DNA of 52,046 nt from Candidatus Bipolaricaulota bacterium (GTDB taxonomy: Bacteria; Bipolaricaulota; Bipolaricaulia; UBA7950; UBA9294), in NCBI GenBank assembly GCA_030612175.1, contig JAUWOJ010000001.1, positions 1 to 52,046 of the forward strand, given 5' to 3'. The position numbers and the translations under genes were made by a program. Positions 34,754 to 43,823 of this stretch are shown in pieces. A model generated the notes under the pieces. It searched no databases. It worked only from the letters and a program-made list of their open reading frames with translations, and was not told the DNA's origin. Positions within the stretch are counted from its first letter, which is position 1. Each line of letters begins with the position of its first letter.

Positions 34754-35615
34754 AGAGAAGCGCTCTCGCAATAGCGAATGGCGGAGAGTTGTTCGCGGCC
34801 TTCGAAAAAGTCCCTTGGCAGTTCTTGGATCTGTCATAATAGGGATTCTGATAGCCATAGCAATCTTTGCTCCTTTCTTAGCCCCGTACAGCCCCACTAA
34901 GATGCGTTTGTCTGAACGACTATCCCCGCCTAGCAGTAGGCATATCTTTGGCACAGACGATGTAGGGCGCGACATTCTCAGCCGGGTAATATACGGGAGC
35001 AGGATCTCTCTCCGCATCTGTACTGTAGTGGTAGGCTTGACAATTGGTATTGGGACCATTCTTGGGGTGACTGCTGGATACTTGGGAGGATGGGTCGATG
35101 AGCTTATTATGCGCATTAGTGATGTGTTTCTTGCCTTTCCAGCTCTCATTCTCGCTATGGCAATTGCTGCGGCCCTTGGGCCTAGCCTCGAGAATGTTAT
35201 CCTTGCCATGGTAGTGATCTGGTGGCCACGCTATGCGCGAGTTGCTAGGGGACAAGTCCTTGTACTTCGAGAGATCGACTACATGGTCGCTGCCAAGGCC
35301 ATAGGAATCAGTGGAGGCCGTACCTTCATCCACCATATCTTGCCCAACTGCATCTCCCCTATCATAATTCAGGCCACACTCGACCTTGGCGAGGTACTCC
35401 TCACCGCGGCAACCCTGAGCTTTATAGGGTTTGGGGCACAGCCTCCTACGCCTGAATGGGGCGCAATGATCAGCTTGGGGCGAAATTACCTAAGGGATAA
35501 CTGGTGGTACGCTACCTTTCCCGGGCTGGCTATTCTAATAACGGTGATGGGATTTAACCTATTAGGAGATGCGGCAAGAGATGTCCTAGATCCACGACTT
35601 CGACGTAGCCCCTGA
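34722..35615 (+). CDS. ABC transporter permease, DppC/OppC type
   Basis: 297 aa. HIFGTDDVGRDILSRVIYG, YMVAAKAIGISGGRTFIHHILPN, GDAARDVLDPR. 32-nt overlap with the preceding gene. Confidence 0.9.
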   Translation: MHLSILESGTEEKRSRNSEWRRVVRGLRKSPLAVLGSVIIGILIAIAIFAPFLAPYSPTKMRLSERLSPPSSRHIFGTDDVGRDILSRVIYGSRISLRICTVVVGLTIGIGTILGVTAGYLGGWVDELIMRISDVFLAFPALILAMAIAAALGPSLENVILAMVVIWWPRYARVARGQVLVLREIDYMVAAKAIGISGGRTFIHHILPNCISPIIIQATLDLGEVLLTAATLSFIGFGAQPPTPEWGAMISLGRNYLRDNWWYATFPGLAILITVMGFNLLGDAARDVLDPRLRRSP

Positions 35616-35709
35616 TGTGATGATTAGTACAATTGGGCTCTCTCTGGAGAGTTGTCCCGATCATTCTCTACACGGAGCTACGTGATATTTGAAAGGGAGG
35701 AAGAGAACG

Positions 35710-36813
35710 ATGAAAATTGAGAGTATCGAAGTCTACAAAGCAGATATCCCCCTGAAAGAACCGTTTCGCATCTCTCTTGGAGAGATTGAGGTAGCAAAAA
35801 ACATCTTTGTCAAGATTAACGCTAACACGCACCTCTTTGGTATGGGAGAAGCTAGTCCATTTCCGTTTATTGTTAGTGAAACGCAGGCGAGCGACATTGC
35901 CGCTGCCCATGATCTGGCTCGGCTATTGATTGGGAAGGATCCACGAGAGATCGAGAACCGCTTGTGTGAGTTAACCGGCTACCTTCCTCATAGCCCGACC
36001 ATAATCTCCGCCTTTGACATGGCGCTCTATGATCTCGTGGGCAAGATAGCGAATCTGCCCTTGTACGCGCTACTAGGGGGCGGCAAGCGTGCGTTAGTAA
36101 CAGATCGTACTGTGGGTATCAATACTCCCGACAAGATGGTAGAAGATGCATTGGCATTTAAGGAACGTGGTTTCCCCGCAATCAAGGTTAAACTAGGCAC
36201 GACTGCACCGGAAGACATCGATCGCATTCGACGGATCCGCAAAGCGTTGGGACCCAAGATTCCATTGCGCATTGATGCTAATCAAGGATGGGACTATGTT
36301 ACCGCATTGCAGGCCCTAAAGGGGATGGAAGATCAAGGTATTCAGTATTGTGAACAGCCTGTAGCTATCTGGGATTTTGAATCGATGCGAAGGATCAACT
36401 CTCAGGTCACGATTCCCATCATGGCCGATGAATCAGTCTTTGATGACCACGATGCCTACAAATTAATCTCGATGGGAGCTTGTGACTACCTGAACATCAA
36501 ACTAGCCAAATCTGGAGGTATCTACGTTGCGCTGAGGATCAACGCGGTCGCTGAAGCGGCAGGTATGCAGTGCATGGTGGGGTGCATGAATGAGACAAGC
36601 CTCGCGCTGACAGCAGCTGCTCACCTCGTCTCTGCGCGTACCAATATCAAGTTTGCCGATCTTGACAGCGCCGACTTGCTACAAGAAAACCCTGTTCTTG
36701 GAGGAATCACCTACAACAAAGGTGGTAAGATCACCATCTCCGATGCCCCAGGGATTGGCGCCACGATAGACCCCGCGTTTCTAAAAGGCCTAGAATCATT
36801 TGTTGTGAAATGA
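35710..36813 (+). CDS. Dipeptide epimerase (L-Ala-D/L-Glu epimerase-like), enolase superfamily
   Basis: From ATG 35710 (GGGAGG upstream): MKIESIEVYKADIPLKEPFRISLG. KVKLG, RIDANQGW, CEQP and IMADES match the MR/MLE-subgroup metal and catalytic positions. Confidence 0.8.
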   Translation: MKIESIEVYKADIPLKEPFRISLGEIEVAKNIFVKINANTHLFGMGEASPFPFIVSETQASDIAAAHDLARLLIGKDPREIENRLCELTGYLPHSPTIISAFDMALYDLVGKIANLPLYALLGGGKRALVTDRTVGINTPDKMVEDALAFKERGFPAIKVKLGTTAPEDIDRIRRIRKALGPKIPLRIDANQGWDYVTALQALKGMEDQGIQYCEQPVAIWDFESMRRINSQVTIPIMADESVFDDHDAYKLISMGACDYLNIKLAKSGGIYVALRINAVAEAAGMQCMVGCMNETSLALTAAAHLVSARTNIKFADLDSADLLQENPVLGGITYNKGGKITISDAPGIGATIDPAFLKGLESFVVK

Positions 36814-36858
36814 GCGGGCAACACTGTTTCTTCTTCAGTAGAGGAGCAAGATAACGAA

Positions 36859-37962
36859 ATGACTACAGATATCAAACAGATGGGATCACCACTTGCCGCA
36901 AGAATGATTATCAATAAGCGCGAGGTAGACTACTTCTGCGGAACCAGCTACTATGCGCTGCACGGCGACCCAAGAGTGATTGCCGCAGCATGCAAAGCAC
37001 TCCACGAGTACGGCACGGGACCAGGAACCCTAATGGACAGCCCGCCACTTGTCGAGGTAGTAGCAAGAGCGGCCAGCTTCTTCGAAACAGAGAGTGCGCA
37101 GTACATCGTCTCAGGTTATCTTGGCGACATGTTGCTGACACAGGCTTTGAGCAACGATTATGACATGGTGTTTGTCGATGATAGTTCGCATTACAGTGTC
37201 TTTGACGGGATTCGTTCAACAGGAAAGCGGATTATCCCTTTTTCTCACCTGGACCCAGAGGATCTGATACAGAAGCTGCGTGAGAATCTGAAACCTAAAC
37301 AGATTCCCCTTGTCATGTCAGATGGTGTTTTCCCTATGACGGGTGCCATCGCTCCATTAAGGGAATATGTAAAAGCGCTAGCTCCTTACGAAGGCGCGCT
37401 GTTGTGTGTGGATGACTCGCATGCTGTTGGAGTAATCGGAGAAAAAGGGCAGGGAACGCTCGAGTACTGCGGAGTACAGGGAGACAACTGCTATATTGCG
37501 GGAACCCTTAGTAAGGCATTCGGTGGTCTCGGAGGAATCATCCCCGGCAATAATGAGCTAATGGAGAAGATCAGCCACAATGTGAGAATACCAGCCGGCG
37601 CCAGCCCTCCGTGTACAGGTGCAGCCGCAGCCTCTGCAATGGGGCTCAAGATAGTATCTGAGCATCCCGAAATGCGAATGCAATTGTGGGATAATGTTGC
37701 TTCTATGCGCAAGGGACTGCGCCAGTTGGGAGTTGACGTGCCAGATTCACCGGTTCCTATCGTTCCTGTCACTGGCCTTTCCGGGGTAAACCTAAAGCAG
37801 GTTCAGCATAGCTTGGAAGAGAAAGGAATTGTCGTAGCTCACGTTCCCCCGCGAGGCTATTCCGATGCTCCTGACAAGGAATCTTTGCGAATCGCCGTCT
37901 TCTCTACCCATACGCGGGAACAGATCGACAAGCTCTTAGCATCCTTGGCCAAGCTACTATGA
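36859..37962 (+). CDS. Divergent alpha-oxoamine-synthase-family PLP enzyme (AONS/KBL-like; substrate unknown)
   Basis: 367 aa, collinear with 8-amino-7-oxononanoate synthase and 2-amino-3-ketobutyrate ligase: DDSHAVGVIGEKGQG, PLP-lysine context GTLSKAFGGLGG. Usually conserved blocks differ here (CGTSYYALHGDP, HYSVFDG, SDGVFPMTG). Confidence 0.7.
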   Translation: MTTDIKQMGSPLAARMIINKREVDYFCGTSYYALHGDPRVIAAACKALHEYGTGPGTLMDSPPLVEVVARAASFFETESAQYIVSGYLGDMLLTQALSNDYDMVFVDDSSHYSVFDGIRSTGKRIIPFSHLDPEDLIQKLRENLKPKQIPLVMSDGVFPMTGAIAPLREYVKALAPYEGALLCVDDSHAVGVIGEKGQGTLEYCGVQGDNCYIAGTLSKAFGGLGGIIPGNNELMEKISHNVRIPAGASPPCTGAAAASAMGLKIVSEHPEMRMQLWDNVASMRKGLRQLGVDVPDSPVPIVPVTGLSGVNLKQVQHSLEEKGIVVAHVPPRGYSDAPDKESLRIAVFSTHTREQIDKLLASLAKLL

Positions 37963-38012
37963 AGTTCATTCCAAACGGCCAGAGATCGATTCCTGTTAAG
38001 CATGGCTAACGG

Positions 38013-38044
38013 AAGCTGAAGTGTGCCAGATCAGCTTGTTTTTT
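38013..38044 (+). terminator. Rho-independent terminator after the epimerase/AOS-like operon
   Basis: AAGCTGA (38013-38019) and TCAGCTT (38031-38037), with an 11-nt loop, followed by GTTTTTTG. Confidence 0.65.
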
Positions 38045-38132
38045 GTTGAACGCCTACCGCGGGCTAGAGACTCTAAACAGTTGAGAAGGGATGCTTATTC
38101 TTCAGCCTGGATGGGCAAATGCCGCACATTTG

Positions 38133-39758
38133 CTAATCGCGGTACGCATGGGTAATTGGCATTCTTCGCCCCATGCCGAAGGTCTTCTTGGAGACCTTAA
38201 TCGCAGGAGGGAGCTGGTTTCGCTTGTATTCGCTTTGGTAGTACCGGCAAAGGATGTCGTTTACCACTGCTTCGGGGAACCCCTGGGCGACTAAGTCATT
38301 GCGCGAAGCATTATTCTCAATCAATTCATGAAGGATCGCATCAAGCAACGGATATGGAGGAAGATCATCTTGGTCGCGCTGCCCCGGTCGCAGCTCAGCG
38401 CTAGGAGGCTTGTCTACAATGTGTTCTGGGATCCTTTCTCTCATTTCTTTGGCAAGGTCATAGACCTGTGTCTTATATAAATCAGCGATTGGAGCAAGTG
38501 CGCCAACTGTATCTCCATACAGCGTGTTGTACCCTACCGCAATCTCCGATTTATTTCCTGTGGCCAGGATTAGGGCATTCTGCTGATTGGCGAGTGTCAT
38601 CAGAAGCGTTCCGCGTGTACGTGCCTGCAGATTCTCAGCGCTGAGCCCAGTCACAGGATACGGCAATACACGATGAAAGGCTGAAACTGCCTCTGTTATT
38701 CCAATTTCCACGAGCTCTATCCCCAGGGTCCTCGCCAAGGCTCTGGCGTCTTCTTTACTTGTCTCTGAGGTGATTCTGCTGGGAAGAAAGACTCCGGTTA
38801 TTGCCGCTTCACCGAGCGCTTCAGTAGCCAGTGCAGCAACTACAGCAGAGTCAAGTCCTCCAGAGATACCAATGATTACTTGTTTGAAACCGTTCTTCTG
38901 TACATAGTCATGAATTCCAAGCACTAGCGCTCGATGAATCAAATCAATTGAATGCTGAGTCTGCTGCCTGACTGGTATCAACTTTTCTAGGTCTAGAACA
39001 AACAAACCTTCGCTGAAATAAGGGGCTTCGAATAGGAGATCGCCTTCCTGTCCTATGACGAAGCTTCCTCCTTCATAGACCAATCCATCCTGCGCACCAA
39101 CAAGGTTAACACAAATTAGCCTAACTCCATTTTCCTTTGCGCTCTTTGCCGCAAGCTTGCGGCGATCGATTTGTAGGCCGTCAACAAATGGTGACGCAGA
39201 GATATTGATCACGACCTGTGCTCCCAGACTTGCCTGAACATCCATAGGCCCATCATTAGCCCACAGATCCGCACATACATTGATCCCTAACCTTATTCCA
39301 CGGAAATCGAACACATGCGCACCGAGCCCAGAGGTAAAATATCGTCCGTGACTACAAATGTCATGCGATGAAACGATGAGTTGGCTCTCCTTGCCAATCA
39401 ACGCGCCATCGCTAAAGAAGAATGCGCTGTTGCCAAGGTCGAGTCCTTCTCTGTCTCCCACTAAACAAGGACCGTTCCTCTTAGCCCGCCGTTCCGTTGC
39501 GCAAGACGAGATAGCCCCAACAATCACGCCAATCCCTGTAGACGAAGAAGCAACATCCCCCAGTGCTCGCTGCACCTGTTCGACAAATCCTCGTCGCCAG
39601 AGAAGATTCTGTGGTGGAGATCCAACTAGCGACAGCTCGGGGAAAATAACAAGGTCACTGCCAGCACATCGTGCCCTCTCAATGTGAGAAAGGACTAGTT
39701 TCAAGTTCTGGTCAATCGCCCCGACAAGAGGATTTATTTGAGCAATTCCAATGCGCAT
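38133..39758 (-). CDS. nadE: Glutamine-dependent NAD+ synthetase
   Basis: From ATG 39758: MRIGIAQINPLVGAIDQN (CN-hydrolase domain), then GISGGLDSAV (N-type ATP pyrophosphatase P-loop). The track's longer start would overlap the upstream gene. Confidence 0.9.
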   Translation of the reverse strand: MRIGIAQINPLVGAIDQNLKLVLSHIERARCAGSDLVIFPELSLVGSPPQNLLWRRGFVEQVQRALGDVASSSTGIGVIVGAISSCATERRAKRNGPCLVGDREGLDLGNSAFFFSDGALIGKESQLIVSSHDICSHGRYFTSGLGAHVFDFRGIRLGINVCADLWANDGPMDVQASLGAQVVINISASPFVDGLQIDRRKLAAKSAKENGVRLICVNLVGAQDGLVYEGGSFVIGQEGDLLFEAPYFSEGLFVLDLEKLIPVRQQTQHSIDLIHRALVLGIHDYVQKNGFKQVIIGISGGLDSAVVAALATEALGEAAITGVFLPSRITSETSKEDARALARTLGIELVEIGITEAVSAFHRVLPYPVTGLSAENLQARTRGTLLMTLANQQNALILATGNKSEIAVGYNTLYGDTVGALAPIADLYKTQVYDLAKEMRERIPEHIVDKPPSAELRPGQRDQDDLPPYPLLDAILHELIENNASRNDLVAQGFPEAVVNDILCRYYQSEYKRNQLPPAIKVSKKTFGMGRRMPITHAYRD

Positions 39759-39765
39759 GGCTGGA

Positions 39766-40557
39766 TTATAGGCTGCATAGGTCTGTTGATCCACTCTGTT
39801 CAGCGAACGACAGACTATCAACGAAACGGTAAAGGTTCCTCACTTGTTCATCATCAAGGCGTGCAATCTTCCCTGGTACTAGATCATCGAGGCTCACCGG
39901 TCCGATCGCGACTCGCTTAAGGCGAATGATTCTAAGATCGAAATGCGAGAATAGACGTTTGATTTCGTGTTTTCTTCCCTCAGCCATGGTTATACATATA
40001 CGCATCGGGTTTCTCTTCAGCTCACCCTTGACGATGCGCAACACCTCTTTGTCTTCCGTAATACCATGCTGCATTTCCAAGAGAATCTGGTCCACTCTAC
40101 CCGCCACGGGGAAGTGGGAAAGCCAAACCACATATCTTTTTTTCACTTGGTATCGAGGATGACTTAGACGCTGCACAAGCTTTCCGTCATTTGTCAGCAG
40201 GAGGAGTCCCTCAGCATCCTGGTCAAGGCGACCAGCCCACGTATAACCAATGAATCCTTCGGCGCGTAGGATACGGCCTACTGTATTCCCACAGTGCGGG
40301 TCATCGTGACTACACAGAACGCCAACTTGCTTATGGTACTTATAGACACGGTGTTGTGGAGAGAGAATACTCAAAGGATATCCACGTAGGCGAAGCTCCC
40401 CAAGTCTACTAGGAATGATTCTAAGGAAGGGATTGCGCACTGTTTCTCCATTTACATCAATTTCACCAGCATCGATAAGGGCACATGCTTTTCGACGTGA
40501 GATCCCTGCGTGCATCTGCACCAGTTTGAGCAGTTTCAGCGTAGGTTTGTCTTTCAT
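39766..40557 (-). CDS. Pseudouridine synthase, RsuA/RluB family, with S4 domain
   Basis: 263 aa. N-terminal S4-like LLKLVQMHAGISRRKACALIDAGEIDVNGE and the catalytic motif GRLDQDAEGLLLLTNDG. Confidence 0.85.
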   Translation of the reverse strand: MKDKPTLKLLKLVQMHAGISRRKACALIDAGEIDVNGETVRNPFLRIIPSRLGELRLRGYPLSILSPQHRVYKYHKQVGVLCSHDDPHCGNTVGRILRAEGFIGYTWAGRLDQDAEGLLLLTNDGKLVQRLSHPRYQVKKRYVVWLSHFPVAGRVDQILLEMQHGITEDKEVLRIVKGELKRNPMRICITMAEGRKHEIKRLFSHFDLRIIRLKRVAIGPVSLDDLVPGKIARLDDEQVRNLYRFVDSLSFAEQSGSTDLCSL

Positions 40558-40698
40558 AACTATAAGAGATACCTTACTATTCTGAAAAGATCAAGGTCGC
40601 AGTGAACACGAATTGCCAGCATATCACCAAACTCCTACAGCTTCTATTTTCTGGTGTGTTTGTGCATAATGAGGCATCCTACACCAAACAGGAGGTAC

Positions 40699-41856
40699 AT
40701 GCGCTATTCTGTTGAACAGATTCCATTGGGAGATCGGCGCCTGCGCTTATTTGTCAGAGTTCCTTGGCAAATTCACTATGGCGATCCTAATTGGACCCCA
40801 CCACTTCGCGCCGATCTATTGGGAAGCCGTATCCTGTGTATTACTGGTCAGCTTACTCCAGAACACCCCTATCATCAGAATGCCGACGTAACCCATTTCC
40901 TTGCACGATCAGGAAAACGTCTCTTAGGTCGGGTTTCGGTGGCAATCAATCACAGATTCAACGAATACCACAACTCTTCTATTGGTTTCTTTGGTTTCTT
41001 CGAGACAGCCAATAACTTTGCAGTAGCCCGTGCTCTTCTAGATAATGCTCGCGACTGGCTTGGCGCAAGAAGAATCGATGTGATGCGTGGACCAGGCGGG
41101 TACTCCACAGCCACACACGAGCCAAATCAGGGTGTTCTCATTGACGGTTTCAATACACCACCAACAATAGAACTAACTCACAACCCTCCTTACTATGGCG
41201 AATTCCTTGAGCGCTACGGGCTTGCTAAGGTCAAGGATTATCACGCCTATTGGATTGAGCTTGGGAACAAGTCACAGAAACGTCTGGAGCGGCTCGCGCA
41301 TGCCATTCTTGCTCGACGGGACATCAAGATGCGTCAACTCAATCTTTCCTGCTTGCGCGAAGAGGTTGACCGCATCGTCGAAATCTACAACAAAGCGTGG
41401 GTGAACAACTGGGGATTCCTTCCTTTGACCGATACTGAAGCAGAAGCCATAGCAGCAAGCCTAAGAATAGTTGCTGATCCTGGGTTGATACGTTTCGCAT
41501 ATGTGAGTGGTGAGCTTGCGGCTGTATTGGGTGCGATCCCTGATCCCAATGTCTGTTTGCGGCCTTGCTGGAAGCGTCCTCTTGACACTGATGTGGGAAG
41601 GGTTTCCCGTCTTGTGTTTGGTCGCCGACGCATTGATCGTACTCGCCTGATGTTCTTCGGAATTTGCCCCCAGTTTCGCAAGCTTGGAATCGATGCTGTG
41701 CTTTACCACGAAGTACTTTCCTACGCTTTGAATCGCGGATACCGTGCATGTGAACCATCGATGCTGTTAGAAGACAATGATCTCATCCTGCGCGCAAGTG
41801 AATCGATGGGGGGGCGCCGCTATAAAACCTGGCGAATCTATGAAATGCCTCTGTAG
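40699..41856 (+). CDS. Conserved hypothetical protein with C-terminal GNAT-like (acyl-CoA N-acyltransferase) features
   Basis: From ATG 40699 (AGGAGG upstream). C-terminal FGICPQFRKLGIDAVLYHEVLSYALNRGY resembles GNAT motif A (R-x-x-G-x-A). I do not recognise the N-terminal half. Confidence 0.4.
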   Translation: MRYSVEQIPLGDRRLRLFVRVPWQIHYGDPNWTPPLRADLLGSRILCITGQLTPEHPYHQNADVTHFLARSGKRLLGRVSVAINHRFNEYHNSSIGFFGFFETANNFAVARALLDNARDWLGARRIDVMRGPGGYSTATHEPNQGVLIDGFNTPPTIELTHNPPYYGEFLERYGLAKVKDYHAYWIELGNKSQKRLERLAHAILARRDIKMRQLNLSCLREEVDRIVEIYNKAWVNNWGFLPLTDTEAEAIAASLRIVADPGLIRFAYVSGELAAVLGAIPDPNVCLRPCWKRPLDTDVGRVSRLVFGRRRIDRTRLMFFGICPQFRKLGIDAVLYHEVLSYALNRGYRACEPSMLLEDNDLILRASESMGGRRYKTWRIYEMPL

Positions 41857-41888
41857 AAGCTTGTTTAACGACAAGTTGCTTTCCTCTT

Positions 41889-42494
41889 ATGAATGGCGCT
41901 ACGGTTAAAACCACAATGAAAGTGATTGGACTTGCAGGAGAGGCTGGATGTGGAAAGAGTGCAGTGGCTCACAAGCTTTCCCAGCAAGATGATGTCACAT
42001 ACGTCGATCTAGACAAGATTGCCTGGCAAACCTATCGACCATGTACGTTGGTTTACAGGCAGCTCATTGCTCGATACGGCAATCAGATCCTCCGCTCAGA
42101 TGGTGAGATCTCTCGGGGCAAGCTTGGCAGAATTGTCTTCTCTGACGCAAAGGCGCTCGATGATCTGAATGCGATAGTCCATCCGGCAGTGAACAATCAC
42201 TTACAGCGAATCATCGAGAACGAAAAAGCCCGGAGTACGGAGCTCGTCGTTGTCGAAGGCGCACTTCTTGCCTCATCTCCATATGTGGATGACTCCTTGT
42301 TTGATGTTGTCATATGGCTTGAAGCAACACAAAAGACGCGCACACAACGCCTTAGAACGGCTGGACGCGCGAAACATGGAGAACGAAGGGTGCCCCGTCT
42401 AGAACGTTCTAACGTTGTCACAGTCAGTGCCGAGGGTACTGTAGACCACATTGCGGATCAGATCCTTGAAGTTGTCAGGAGTCTGGGACACTAG
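41889..42494 (+). CDS. coaE: Dephospho-CoA kinase
   Basis: IGLAGEAGCGKSAV P-loop, IVHPAV, VVVEGALL. The start is either ATG 41889 or ATG 41916 (MKVIGLAG). Confidence 0.8.
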   Translation: MNGATVKTTMKVIGLAGEAGCGKSAVAHKLSQQDDVTYVDLDKIAWQTYRPCTLVYRQLIARYGNQILRSDGEISRGKLGRIVFSDAKALDDLNAIVHPAVNNHLQRIIENEKARSTELVVVEGALLASSPYVDDSLFDVVIWLEATQKTRTQRLRTAGRAKHGERRVPRLERSNVVTVSAEGTVDHIADQILEVVRSLGH

Positions 42495-42573
42495 CTGCTC
42501 TAGTCCTGTTCTTACCCTGTTCTTCCTGGGATTGCGATGCTTGCACTACCAGGATTTGCCACTACCCTTCAGC

Positions 42574-42602
42574 TTGACATGGCGACAGAATTCTGCTATT
42601 TT
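42574..42602 (+). promoter_or_regulatory. Promoter TTGACA-17 nt-TATTTT directly abutting the ROK regulator start codon
   Basis: TTGACA at 42574-42579, a 17-nt spacer, and TATTTT at 42597-42602. ATG 42611 lies 8 nt after the -10 with no SD in between. Confidence 0.5.
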
Positions 42603-42610
42603 TATTTCAA

Positions 42611-43741
42611 ATGGTTTTGCAAAAGACGGTTGACAAACAAGGGACGCCTAATCATTCTAACTTGGCCAGGGTCTTCGTCGCATTAAGAGAAACCCATCAG
42701 CTCACGAAGAAGCGTCTTTGCTTTCAGTTGGGACTCAGTCGGCCAACAATAGATAAGGCCATCGAGAAACTTCTGTCTTGTGGCTTGGCGAAGCGCGATG
42801 GGTGTGGTCCTTCCGCAGGCGGTCGACGGGCTGTGTTCTATGCGCTCAATATGCAGGCAGGGTCTATTATCGGGTGCGATCTTGAATTACCAGAACTGAA
42901 TCTTGTCATAAGCGGTTTGGATGGCATACCAATCACCGCAAGGAGCATCACTTTATCTGATGATTGTATTGCTGATCCTCGAAGAACCTTCGGATTGATG
43001 AACGTAAACGCAGTGGAAATGATTGAAGAGCTAGAAAGTGGTGCTGACAAACTGATCGGTCTCGGTCTCGGTGTTCCTGCTTTCCTAGGAGAGAATACGA
43101 TAAGCATTTCTGGTCAAAGCTTACCTCAGTGGGCGCGTGTACCAGCACAATCCATCCTAGAACAGCTGTTGAACATTCCAGTGTCTGTTGAAAATGACGT
43201 CAATTGCATGGCGATGACTGAGCATTACGAGGCCAACCATGGTGACAAGGTAATGGGGTATATCGCGTTACGAAAGGGCTTGAAAGGCAGTATTAGGATG
43301 GGGGCAAGCATCTTGTTAGATGGCAAGGTCTTCCACGGAGGAAACGGAAACGCTGCCTTACTCCAGAGTGCTTACGTAGACAGAAGTGAACTGGAGACAA
43401 TCAGGCAGAACGACCCCTGCGCAACGCTTGGCTCCAGGCAGGTAGTTGCAGTGCTTGTTGACCGGTTAGTTGCACCGTTAATCCACATGGTCAGGCTTCT
43501 CGACCCAAATCGACTGGTTATCGATGCATCGATTCTCAAACAAGGAGAGAAGTTCTTTATCCATGAGATTAGAGAAAGACTAAACGCTGAGCTAGGTAGT
43601 GGCTTCAGTTGTAGAATAGAGATGAGTAATGTAGAAGATCGCTCTCTCAATTGTGCCAAGGGAGCAGCCCTACACGCGTTACACCAGCTTTTCAATCAAC
43701 CTGTGGAGTTAATTGAAAGATTGGCAGGTTCCGCATCTTAA
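42611..43741 (+). CDS. ROK-family transcriptional regulator (NagC/XylR-like)
   Basis: 376 aa. N-terminal HTH LTKKRLCFQLGLSRPTIDKAIEKLLSCGLA, followed by a ROK/actin-fold body. No CxCGxxGC zinc motif is visible where the kinase paralogue at 48299 has one. Confidence 0.75.
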   Translation: MVLQKTVDKQGTPNHSNLARVFVALRETHQLTKKRLCFQLGLSRPTIDKAIEKLLSCGLAKRDGCGPSAGGRRAVFYALNMQAGSIIGCDLELPELNLVISGLDGIPITARSITLSDDCIADPRRTFGLMNVNAVEMIEELESGADKLIGLGLGVPAFLGENTISISGQSLPQWARVPAQSILEQLLNIPVSVENDVNCMAMTEHYEANHGDKVMGYIALRKGLKGSIRMGASILLDGKVFHGGNGNAALLQSAYVDRSELETIRQNDPCATLGSRQVVAVLVDRLVAPLIHMVRLLDPNRLVIDASILKQGEKFFIHEIRERLNAELGSGFSCRIEMSNVEDRSLNCAKGAALHALHQLFNQPVELIERLAGSAS

Positions 43742-43823
43742 GATTCAGGAGGTGATAGTAGAAACTGGACTGGTACTTAGATGAAGTCGGAATAAAGAAA
43801 AAGAAGAGCTTAAGGAGGAAAAA

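Noticed and set aside
42505-42524. Direct repeat CCTGTTCTT-AC-CCTGTTCTT just after coaE
   Set aside because: It is very short and pyrimidine-rich, has no associated structure or partner site, and is probably a chance duplication.
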